Shown: positions 1 to 7,720 of the stretch, piece by piece
Layout of the letters: the number at the start of each line of letters is the position of its first letter
Numbering within the stretch: position 1 is the stretch's first letter
From: a virus
Taxonomy: Duplodnaviria; Caudoviricetes
Direction: 5' to 3' (one strand)
DNA length: 62,638 bases
Virus record (IMG/VR): IMGVR_UViG_3300046792_000108
Location: 1-62,638 of that record
Made by a program: the position numbers and the translations under genes
The notes under the pieces: generated by a model
What the model saw: the letters and a program-made list of their open reading frames with translations, nothing else
The model's database searches: none
Told to the model about the DNA's origin: nothing

Positions 1-137
1 AAATCCTGTCCGTGTTTCCTACGATGTCCTGATGCTTGTCATACTCGCACAACTCATCCAGCATCATGTGCCAGTTGTTGGATGCATCTTTGATCCAGAT
101 TTGCGCGTTGCTCACAAGTTCCATCCTGGCATTAGCG
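1..137. repeat. Terminal overlap, copy 1 (circular or permuted genome)
   Basis: 1-137 equals 62502-62638 except C11 vs A62512. Confidence 0.95.
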
Positions 138-436
138 GATGTTCCGATCCAGCAATGAATGGACTGAATGTGGATGGGAGCCTGAGTAGTATAGCTCCCA
201 TGATAATCTGTCACTACATTACACGGACCCGCTTTCATGATGATCATAGTACTGGACGGCATCGGCGCGAACCAGGCTTCGTAAGGAACAATTTGACAAG
301 GAAAGGTTTGACCAGCACTTCCGATGTAAGGAGTAAGGTGTCCTCCCTGCATTTGATCGGGAGCACCAGGATTCATAGATAGTTGGGCGAACGCGCTGGA
401 CATCAGCAGGGTGACAAGCAATAGAAGTTTTCTCAT
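1..436 (-). CDS. 5' part of origin-spanning secreted protein (~218 aa; continues at 62501..62281)
   Basis: Manual translation from ATG 436 gives MRKLLLLVTLLMSSAFAQLSMNPG..., open into MELVSNAQIW... of ORF 62281..62625; Sec-type signal peptide. Confidence 0.85.
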   Translation of the reverse strand, partial: MRKLLLLVTLLMSSAFAQLSMNPGAPDQMQGGHLTPYIGSAGQTFPCQIVPYEAWFAPMPSSTMIIMKAGPCNVVTDYHGSYTTQAPIHIQSIHCWIGTSANARMELVSNAQIWIKDASNNWHMMLDELCEYDKHQDIVGNTDRI

Positions 437-444
437 ACACGACT

Positions 445-474
445 ATCCTATATACAATGAATATGGGTTGTCAA
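445..474 (-). promoter_or_regulatory. sigma70-type promoter
   Basis: TTGACA-18nt-TAGGAT, ending 8 nt before ATG 436. Confidence 0.75.
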
Positions 475-493
475 TGGCAATAATTCTGAAAGC

Positions 494-1060
494 TTGGAAA
501 GGACTGGCGTGTGCATGATAGTAATTGGGTCGATCTTGTCAAATTTGTCGTGGCTAGTTTGGCCGCTGTACTTGTACGTGTTCTACGGGAGTATGTCAAT
601 CGCCGCTATCCTAGTAAGAGTCGGCGTCGAAGAGGGGAATCAAGCCGCGATGTTTCTAGACCGACACGCGCCAGAAAGCATCAAACTGATCGGGATGAGG
701 ATGAGTGATAAGGCAGCTCCTCGAATCTTCTACGCTATAGCTCTTATTTCCATTGGGTGGTTAGGACACGACAGTTGGGAATTTCACCACACATTTGTTC
801 TCACAGATCTGGCTACGATTGCTCAGCCAGGAGACACGATAAACTTTAGAGGAAGAGTAGAAATTGTAGCTGACAATACCTGGTGGTTTCAGAGAAATAC
901 TGAACCAGTTGGTCAAGCTTTCCCAGCTACTTTCTGTAAAGATTTTGTCCCAGGATTAAGACGTGGCCATCGTGTAGAGGTTGTGGTTTATTCGATTCCC
1001 GGAGTTATGAGTGATTGTTGGACCATAGCAAGTAATCCATTAGGCATCATATACAAATAA
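494..1060 (+). CDS. Membrane protein, lysis region
   Basis: Hydrophobic N-terminal segments; upstream of endolysin; start uncertain. Confidence 0.55.
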   Translation: MERTGVCMIVIGSILSNLSWLVWPLYLYVFYGSMSIAAILVRVGVEEGNQAAMFLDRHAPESIKLIGMRMSDKAAPRIFYAIALISIGWLGHDSWEFHHTFVLTDLATIAQPGDTINFRGRVEIVADNTWWFQRNTEPVGQAFPATFCKDFVPGLRRGHRVEVVVYSIPGVMSDCWTIASNPLGIIYK

Positions 1061-1073
1061 AGGAGAATGAAAC

Positions 1074-1184
1074 ATGTCAAACGGAAGCAAACCTCCGGGT
1101 GGCTGGAAACCCGGTGATAAGGAACCGAAACCGGAAGATCAACCGGAAGAAAAACAACCTGAAGAACAGAAGAAGGAAGAATAA
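1074..1184 (+). CDS. Small charged peptide (36 aa)
   Basis: AGGAG RBS; MSNGSKPPGGWKPGDKEPK... Confidence 0.5.
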   Translation: MSNGSKPPGGWKPGDKEPKPEDQPEEKQPEEQKKEE

Positions 1185-1191
1185 CTCAGAC

Positions 1192-1215
1192 GGGGAGTTA
1201 ACAGCTCCCCTTCCT
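1192..1215 (+). terminator. Hairpin, possible intrinsic terminator
   Basis: GGGGAGTT-AAC-AGCTCCCC followed by TTCCT. Confidence 0.5.
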
Positions 1216-1228
1216 TAAAGGATCTAAT

Positions 1229-1738
1229 ATGTTAGTTTGGGGATCAAGAGTTAGTCAGGATTTCCGCAACAGGGTGATTAACATCTCCCAATCTCTAGGA
1301 ATTGATCCAGATTTTCTTATGGCTTGTATAGCCTTCGAATCTGGAGAGACCTTCAGTCCATCTGTGAAAAACGCGGCCGGTTCTGGAGCTATTGGGCTAA
1401 TCCAGTTCATGCCGCAGACCGCGGCTTTACTCGGAACTTCGAGTGTAGAACTTGCCGGTATGACTGCCGAAGAACAATTGGGTTATGTTTATAAGTATTT
1501 CCTGCCGCATACTGGCAAAATGAAGACCCTTAGTGACCTGTATATGGCCATTCTGTGGCCTGCGGCTATCGGCAAAGCGGAAACATACGTATTGTTTTCT
1601 CAGACCGACTCGGAGCATCCAAAGCGGTATATTCAGAATCGTGGTTTGGACTTTAACCATGACGGGGTTATCACAAAAGCTGAGGCCGCGGCAGGTCCCC
1701 AGCACAAACTCGAGAAAGGAGTTAAATTCTCAGCATGA
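1229..1738 (+). CDS. Endolysin, lytic transglycosylase/lysozyme-like
   Basis: Catalytic ES motif (AFESG) and GAIGLIQFMPQTA. Confidence 0.85.
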   Translation: MLVWGSRVSQDFRNRVINISQSLGIDPDFLMACIAFESGETFSPSVKNAAGSGAIGLIQFMPQTAALLGTSSVELAGMTAEEQLGYVYKYFLPHTGKMKTLSDLYMAILWPAAIGKAETYVLFSQTDSEHPKRYIQNRGLDFNHDGVITKAEAAAGPQHKLEKGVKFSA

Positions 1739-2415
1739 CGCCACACATTAAGCATCTCATTATCACAGTTCTGGTAATAGTCGCCGCGTTAGTCGGGTTA
1801 ATTTCTTACGAGAAATATCGCCTTACCCTGGCGGATAAAACTCAGACTGCTACGGACAAGCTGTTGAAGGAAAACACTGATAAGGAAAATCAGAGAGACA
1901 AGGACTTCAACGATTTTAAGATCCAAGCTCTTCAGGCCATTGCTGAGATTAAAACAGCGAAGCAGGGAGTTACAGTTCTCCAACCGATCATGCAAGGAGC
2001 TGCTCCTCAGTCTGTAGCAAAAAGTGATCTTCCTCCGGACGTGCAGAAACAACTACCCAATACTGCCCCTGATGCCAGGTTTAATCTGTTAACGGATGAT
2101 CAGGTTGTGAATCTGGCAAAAAGCTCAAAACAATGCGACATCGACAAGGCCGGATTAACCACATGTGAAGAGAATAAACAGTCTATGCAGGAGAAGATTG
2201 ATTCCCTGACCAGATCTAACAAGAAATGGGAGGAGGCTGGGACCGTACCACGATGGAATGCCATGATCGGTATATCTAAGACCAGGGAAGGAAGTTATAA
2301 GCCTGCGGGAATACTCTCTTATCGTGTCCAGCATAACTGGGGCTTATCAATAGGGGCAGTTAATAATGCTGTGGTTGGTGGACTAAATATCAACGTTGGA
2401 GGAAACCCAAAGTGA
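1735..2415 (+). CDS. Spanin-like membrane protein
   Basis: N-terminal TM helix, coiled coil, C-terminal amphipathic beta strands; overlaps endolysin stop. Confidence 0.55.
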   Translation: MTPHIKHLIITVLVIVAALVGLISYEKYRLTLADKTQTATDKLLKENTDKENQRDKDFNDFKIQALQAIAEIKTAKQGVTVLQPIMQGAAPQSVAKSDLPPDVQKQLPNTAPDARFNLLTDDQVVNLAKSSKQCDIDKAGLTTCEENKQSMQEKIDSLTRSNKKWEEAGTVPRWNAMIGISKTREGSYKPAGILSYRVQHNWGLSIGAVNNAVVGGLNINVGGNPK

Positions 2416-2810
2416 TGACTTTCTACGTGGTAGAATCATCCGTTCTAATCCTGATGGTTCTTCTCGGTGCTCTGTTTTGGTGGTATGGCAAACTACCCTC
2501 TGTGTCCCAAACCAGGGAATTATTGGACCTAGTGAATAGTCGAGGAGGGAATATCATACTTCTCCTCCTTGCCACCATCATTGGAGCTGGGACAAGTCTT
2601 CGTTTGTTCTACTATGTGATTCAGTTATCTGTGGACGGGAAGTTGGCTCAAGATAACGTATTCGCCATCATGAGCCTCACTTTTGTCACAGGGACTATTA
2701 CCGGGAATTTTCAGGGAGCTTTGTTGAAGACAATGACTGGAGATGTCCCGATCCCCCGGAAAGATACCTCAACTCCAACCACCGGACCAAGTAATCAACC
2801 ACAGAGCTAA
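2412..2810 (+). CDS. Holin-like protein
   Basis: 132 aa with three hydrophobic segments; lysis cassette. Confidence 0.6.
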   Translation: MMTFYVVESSVLILMVLLGALFWWYGKLPSVSQTRELLDLVNSRGGNIILLLLATIIGAGTSLRLFYYVIQLSVDGKLAQDNVFAIMSLTFVTGTITGNFQGALLKTMTGDVPIPRKDTSTPTTGPSNQPQS

Positions 2811-3105
2811 CAATCCCGAGTTCTGGTCCTGACGGGCCTTGCGGATCGAATCTTACATACTTGAGTTTTTCCACATAATCTCGGAGAGGTACTCCATGCT
2901 GCAAACCGATGCTCAGTGTGATTGCCCAGGAATCGAGGAGTCCTGAGATTGTAGTTCCAATCTTTGACATCTTGACAAAGACCTCGGCAACTTTACCATT
3001 CTTGTAGCAGTTTACTGTGACGTAACCATCATTAATTCCGATGGTGAAGTGATGAGTTATTCCGTTTCTTTCAGGTGGAAGTTTTTTCTTCTTTGCCTCA
3101 GCCAT
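2698..3105 (-). CDS. Stand-alone TSCPD-type domain (class II ribonucleotide reductase C-terminal-like)
   Basis: GYVTVN..EVFVKMSKIGTTISGLLD..SIGLQHGVPL..RFDPQG..SSVVDY. Confidence 0.75.
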   Translation of the reverse strand: MAEAKKKKLPPERNGITHHFTIGINDGYVTVNCYKNGKVAEVFVKMSKIGTTISGLLDSWAITLSIGLQHGVPLRDYVEKLKYVRFDPQGPSGPELGIVSSVVDYLVRWLELRYLSGGSGHLQSLSSTKLPENSR

Positions 3106-3386
3106 ATTCTAACTCCTTCTACTGCGGTTTCAGGTGAGACTGCGAAGAAAGCACACCCACCTGCTCGTTCTATGGTTTTCAAAAAATAGGCCTGGGTAGG
3201 TTCCGGGAATTCACCAGGCTGTTTGACTTCGATAGCAATAAACAGACCTTTGTAGCAACAGATAAGATCAGTGATACCTGCCTCTTGATATTGATTACCA
3301 TGGATTTTTATAGGGCGGAGGCCCGGAAAGTTAAACTTAAGTGCTTCAACAATTTTGATCCTAAGCCTCGTTTCCGGACCTCGCAT
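3057..3386 (-). CDS. VRR-NUC / Holliday-junction resolvase-like nuclease
   Basis: ET..I...GITDLICCYKGLFIAIEVK PD-(D/E)XK pattern. Confidence 0.85.
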   Translation of the reverse strand: MRGPETRLRIKIVEALKFNFPGLRPIKIHGNQYQEAGITDLICCYKGLFIAIEVKQPGEFPEPTQAYFLKTIERAGGCAFFAVSPETAVEGVRIWLRQRRKNFHLKETE

Positions 3387-3422
3387 GGTTATCTCCTTAA
3401 CAGTGAATAGATCTAAAATAGA

Positions 3423-3998
3423 TCAGCTGAACAAGTCTTCCTCTTCTTCAGTTTCCTCTTCGTCTTTCTTCTTTTTGGACTTCTTGGGTTTTTCCTCTTC
3501 CTCCTCTTCAGTTTCCTCTTCCTCGACTGGCTTTTTCTTGGTTTTCTTCGGAGTCTCTTCCTCGTCCTCAGGTTCTTCCTCGATGTCATCTCCGGTGTTG
3601 CCGAAGTCGGACAAAGGATAGAAGGTGGCCACTTCCGATGTGGTTTTCCCTTCGTACTCTCCGTCCACGATGCTGACCGCACCTTCCAACCCGATCAGTT
3701 TGTCCAGGTCGATCTTCACAGGTTTGGACGGGACTTCTTTACCGCAGGCCTCGAGCAAGTTCCTCAGGTTCCACAAGGCTTGTTTCTGGAGTGAACAGGA
3801 ATGATGGAGAGTTTTCCCGTTTCCTTTCTTAGGTCCTGAATTGAGTTTGAGAAGAAAGAATAGAACAGGTTTCCCCGACTCAGACCCCTTCTTGGTTTTG
3901 ATTTCTGTGACCTCAAACTTGTAGTCTCCTTCGGGAACGTGTATCTTACCTCCTCCGGATTCTACTCCTTCGAAATCAATCGTTACTAGTCGTGGCAT
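3423..3998 (-). CDS. ssDNA-binding protein (DUF669/gp2.5-like)
   Basis: VPEGDY, ALWNLRNLL motifs, acidic tail, next to Sak4-like gene. Confidence 0.75.
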   Translation of the reverse strand: MPRLVTIDFEGVESGGGKIHVPEGDYKFEVTEIKTKKGSESGKPVLFFLLKLNSGPKKGNGKTLHHSCSLQKQALWNLRNLLEACGKEVPSKPVKIDLDKLIGLEGAVSIVDGEYEGKTTSEVATFYPLSDFGNTGDDIEEEPEDEEETPKKTKKKPVEEEETEEEEEEKPKKSKKKKDEEETEEEEDLFS

Positions 3999-4030
3999 GT
4001 ATTTCTCCTTTGTGTTAAGATTTAAGCTAC

Positions 4031-4354
4031 TTAGAAATTAAGTCCATCAAGTGCGATGGACGAGTTGGCAGCCATCACGGCTTCACGAAGTTTTCGGATG
4101 GCTTTGCTTTGATCTGACCCGCGCTGGGTGTTTGAGATGATCACTTGGGCCAGATATTTGCCGGCATTGCGGATTGTTTCATATCGAGGAACCTGATCTG
4201 GGCGAGGAGGATGGTACCGAAACAACTCCTCGATTTTCTCTTGTTGAGTCATCTCACGAGTATTTGTTGCCATCGTTTCAACTTGACTAACCTGGGATTG
4301 ATAGGGGATGCTCATTCTTGGTTCTCTGTTTTTCTCATCTTTCCAATCGCTCAT
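4031..4354 (-). CDS. Acb2/Tad1-like helical-hairpin protein (candidate nucleotide-signal sponge)
   Basis: FRYHPP..QVPRYETIR..AIRKLREAVMAANSSIA. Confidence 0.65.
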   Translation of the reverse strand: MSDWKDEKNREPRMSIPYQSQVSQVETMATNTREMTQQEKIEELFRYHPPRPDQVPRYETIRNAGKYLAQVIISNTQRGSDQSKAIRKLREAVMAANSSIALDGLNF

Positions 4355-4363
4355 GATGCTCCT

Positions 4364-5086
4364 TTATGTGGTTGAAACAGCTTTTACAATTCTTTCCCGA
4401 ATCTTCAAATAGGCCTCACCCATCATAAGCGGGTCATTTCCTAGCTTAAGATCTTTCGGGAAGACTGGTGGATTCACCCTGTCCTTTGCCTCAATTAGGT
4501 CTGTGAGTTTGAATGTGACCTTTCTTGAGTCTCCATCCAGATATAAACGCCCGATCCAGTCAACTTTGCTGGATAGAAATTCTCTTACTCCAGGTGTTAA
4601 GCTTGGAGCAAAGGTCTCAAACCCTTCATCGCCTTTCTTAGATTTTCTCCTTTCCTGTGCGAGATAAATCACTCCTCCTGGAAATTGGCTGGTCTCATGA
4701 ATACACTCAATTAACATTGACCCAACCTGTCCCCAGAGTCTTTGATTCATCTCTTTTTTATTCTTTCCTTTTCCCTTAACCTCTCGGATAGCCAGACTCT
4801 GCAATCCAGTTAAGGTATCGGGTATAAGAAGATCGAATTGTCCTTCTCGGTTGTTAAGCTCAGTTACAACCTCCAAGTAGTGAGCGATAGAACGAATCCT
4901 TACTATCTTTATATTCTTCGCTCCTTTCAGGGTCACCACGCCTGCATCTCCGCAATCAAGCTCAATGGTCCTAAGTCCAGTTCTTCCAGCAAAGGAAGTT
5001 TTACCAGTACCGTTGAACCCGTAGAAGCACATGTGGGGGTTGAAGTTTGAAAAATAATCTTCGAACGAGCTGAAAGTAATCTTCAC
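4364..5086 (-). CDS. Sak4-like AAA_24 ATPase (ssDNA annealing)
   Basis: YGFNGTGKTS Walker A, IPDTLT, LAQE, AKDR. Confidence 0.8.
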   Translation of the reverse strand: MKITFSSFEDYFSNFNPHMCFYGFNGTGKTSFAGRTGLRTIELDCGDAGVVTLKGAKNIKIVRIRSIAHYLEVVTELNNREGQFDLLIPDTLTGLQSLAIREVKGKGKNKKEMNQRLWGQVGSMLIECIHETSQFPGGVIYLAQERRKSKKGDEGFETFAPSLTPGVREFLSSKVDWIGRLYLDGDSRKVTFKLTDLIEAKDRVNPPVFPKDLKLGNDPLMMGEAYLKIRERIVKAVSTT

Positions 5087-6096
5087 TTTAAGGGCTCTCC
5101 TCTGTCGTCCTTAATCTGAACGAAATTTTTCTTAATCTCATGATTTCTGTCTGTCTTGCCCATCATGTCTGCCAGGCATAGGTCTGTGTAATCACAGGAC
5201 CATTTGCAGTCTCGGTTCCAATTTCTTGTGGGCCTGGTAATCTCTCTGGCTCTCTTAGCTCGATCGACCCAGTCTCGAACGAAAAGTTCTCCTAATTTCA
5301 AATTCGCCACGTTTGTCACGCGCATCAGAGATAGAGTTTCTGGCAGAGACTCAAGAAAAGATTTGTTGGGTTTAAGCCCAGCTTCTTCACAGGATAACAA
5401 ATAGCTCCTCTTATCTGTTTGAATCTTCCGTATGGAAAGACCACCTCTTTTCAAGATTTGTGGACGAGGTACGGGAGAAGTTCTTACGTAATTCCACACG
5501 ATCTTTTCAACCTTGATACCAACCTTATTCAATAGGAAGGCATAGGCATGAGGTTGTGGGGCGGCGATCCTTTCGTTCGAGTCAGGCATCTTCTCTTTGT
5601 TCTTTGTTTCAAGCAAACAGATTCTACCTTCTTCTTTGTAGACCAGGTCTGCTTTCCATCGGATCGGGAAACCAAATTTTGTCGGAAGTTCGTAAGATTG
5701 TTCAACATGAAGGATTTCCCAGTCTTTCTCGATAGGAAACCAGTGTTCGATATAGTGCTTCATCAGGAAATAAGCAATCTTCGGGGTAAATCCCTTTTCC
5801 TCAAACATCTCTCGTTCTTCATCGAATAGGTTGTCCCAGTTCTCAGCTTTAAGCTGTTTGTACTTAGGTTTGATGATGTCGGACGGGTTAATCACTAGGT
5901 GGTCTTTGACAGGCTTCGCGTTAAACTGTTGAAGCCAGCGATAGTATGCTTCTTCAAGATCATGCATCCACGACCCCATGTACAGGCCTTTTTTCTTGAC
6001 TCTGGGTTTGAGTCTCTGATCTGCTCGATAGCTGTATTGCATCTCACATCTAACTAATCTTCTGTCACTCGAGTAGGATACCCCAGTTACGCGCAT
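5083..6096 (-). CDS. PD-(D/E)XK Cas4/RecB-like exonuclease
   Basis: N-terminal Cys, GSWMH, KADL..ETK, QPHAY, C-terminal CKWSCDYTDLC. Confidence 0.8.
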   Translation of the reverse strand: MRVTGVSYSSDRRLVRCEMQYSYRADQRLKPRVKKKGLYMGSWMHDLEEAYYRWLQQFNAKPVKDHLVINPSDIIKPKYKQLKAENWDNLFDEEREMFEEKGFTPKIAYFLMKHYIEHWFPIEKDWEILHVEQSYELPTKFGFPIRWKADLVYKEEGRICLLETKNKEKMPDSNERIAAPQPHAYAFLLNKVGIKVEKIVWNYVRTSPVPRPQILKRGGLSIRKIQTDKRSYLLSCEEAGLKPNKSFLESLPETLSLMRVTNVANLKLGELFVRDWVDRAKRAREITRPTRNWNRDCKWSCDYTDLCLADMMGKTDRNHEIKKNFVQIKDDRGEPLK

Positions 6097-6641
6097 AACG
6101 ACCTCCTCTTTTTCTCCTCAACTCCTCGTGGGCTATCCCACCATTTTTTTCTTAAATCTGACCAAATTTTCTTCTGTTCAGCTGTGTGCTTCTTTCCCTT
6201 GTGATGTAATTTCTGATGGTCACCTCGAGTCATATCTCTAAGATTTGACGGGTTATCGTTTCCTGGATTCTCATCTATATGATGGACTATGTACCCTGGA
6301 GGTAGGGATTTTCCATGGACTGTTTCCCAAACTACGATTGCCTGATTTACGTACCCATTCCCTCTAGCACGAGGATGCCAGTCCATCTTTACGGATATCC
6401 TCCCTGTTTTTGAGTTTTGGTTTATCCCGCCTCTCCAGTTTGGGTTCTTTAACCCTTTCTCTCTTTCATGTCTTCTGTCAATTCCTAATCTTTTTAAGTG
6501 CCTAGCTACTGTGGCATGTGACATCTTGAATTTTCTACCTAATTGTTTCAAGTTAAGTCTTTTCTCTACATACAGAAACACCAGGTCGTGAGGAGTTGGA
6601 ATCCTACCATGAGGACCTCGGGATTTGAAATTTCTAGGCAT
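6087..6641 (-). CDS. HNH endonuclease with N-terminal HTH
   Basis: VHHIDENPGNDNPSNL; NPNWRGG. Confidence 0.85.
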   Translation of the reverse strand: MPRNFKSRGPHGRIPTPHDLVFLYVEKRLNLKQLGRKFKMSHATVARHLKRLGIDRRHEREKGLKNPNWRGGINQNSKTGRISVKMDWHPRARGNGYVNQAIVVWETVHGKSLPPGYIVHHIDENPGNDNPSNLRDMTRGDHQKLHHKGKKHTAEQKKIWSDLRKKWWDSPRGVEEKKRRSLCA

Positions 6642-6695
6642 GTTGGTCGCATCTTACAAGCTTCCGATCTGAGCTGTAGCTTACACCAGAGACTC

Positions 6696-7181
6696 TCATA
6701 TAGCTCCCTGATCTTCTTCTACATGAAGTAGTCGTTTTTCTGGGTTTTTGGGTTTGTACGGCTCATTCAACCTAAGATTCATTTGCTCCGGTTGTTCGAT
6801 GTCTAAATGTAATGAGTTCACCAGGTTGTAATAGCAAGTGAAAAAGTGATGTCTCACCAACCCATCCGGGTGTTCGTACCCAATCACCTCAAAAGCGTGG
6901 ATGATGTGCATCACGTAATGCATCGGATATCCGTCCAGATCTGACATCCATTTTTTCGTATCCTCGAACAAGTTCTTTAGATCATAACTCATAAAACCTG
7001 TCGGGTCTTCAATCTGATGTCTGACATCGAATGGCATCATCACGAAGTACCTGATGGCCCGGTTCATAGCTTTAGAGGCATCAAACTTACTCCTCCCATC
7101 GCATCCACGAGATGCTTGAATCAGAACTGCCTGGTGACGGAGCCCTAATTCCATTACCCAATCCTGTAAAACACTCTTCAT
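6696..7181 (-). CDS. Hypothetical protein, His-rich (paralog of 14837..15298)
   Basis: SVLQDWV..RGCD..HYVMHIIHAFEVIGYEHP. Confidence 0.75.
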   Translation of the reverse strand: MKSVLQDWVMELGLRHQAVLIQASRGCDGRSKFDASKAMNRAIRYFVMMPFDVRHQIEDPTGFMSYDLKNLFEDTKKWMSDLDGYPMHYVMHIIHAFEVIGYEHPDGLVRHHFFTCYYNLVNSLHLDIEQPEQMNLRLNEPYKPKNPEKRLLHVEEDQGAI

Positions 7182-7720
7182 GGTATAAACTCCCCCTTGA
7201 AAGCACTAAAGATTTGAATCATTGTTAGTGCCTGATTCTTCGCATCTTGCAATGCGTTGTGTGCTACACCTTCCTCAACCGCCGTATGTGGAAACATCTT
7301 TCTAATCGTGCGATAGCAGACATCTTGCTTGTGTGACCAGGGGCGAGGATTCCCACAGATCTCATAGGCATGGCTCAAGATCACGTTATCAAACGAAGCT
7401 CCATTACCCCAGATTAGAGGAACGGAATCGTCACTGGCTTTCACGAAGTAAGTAAACTCAGCCAGGGCCTTTTTGATCCCAACCTTTTCAGTGGTTTTGT
7501 CGAAGATCTTCCTGGCTTCTTGTCCTTGCTCCATCCACCAGTAGAAAGTCTCCGGGTCAAATTCAAAACCGAATTTCTTTAAACTTACCAGATCTATGAC
7601 TCGATAAAATTCCTCACCGAGTTTGAGTTCATTCAAATCAAATCTCACAGCCCCGATAGCACAGATTGCAGCCCGAGGACTGGAAGCCAAAGTTTCAAGG
7701 TCAAGCATTATGTGTTTCAA
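7178..7720 (-). CDS. DEDDh 3'-5' exonuclease (Rv2179c/DUF5051-like)
   Basis: MLDLETL, WGNGASFD, HNALQDA. Confidence 0.85.
   Translation of the reverse strand: MKHIMLDLETLASSPRAAICAIGAVRFDLNELKLGEEFYRVIDLVSLKKFGFEFDPETFYWWMEQGQEARKIFDKTTEKVGIKKALAEFTYFVKASDDSVPLIWGNGASFDNVILSHAYEICGNPRPWSHKQDVCYRTIRKMFPHTAVEEGVAHNALQDAKNQALTMIQIFSAFKGEFIP

Noticed and set aside
1-137. Biological direct terminal repeat
   Set aside because: It falls inside a gene and looks like an assembler circular overlap; P22-like terminases typically give permuted ends.
5083-6096. CRISPR-associated Cas4
   Set aside because: The Sak4 plus SSB context indicates a phage recombination exonuclease.
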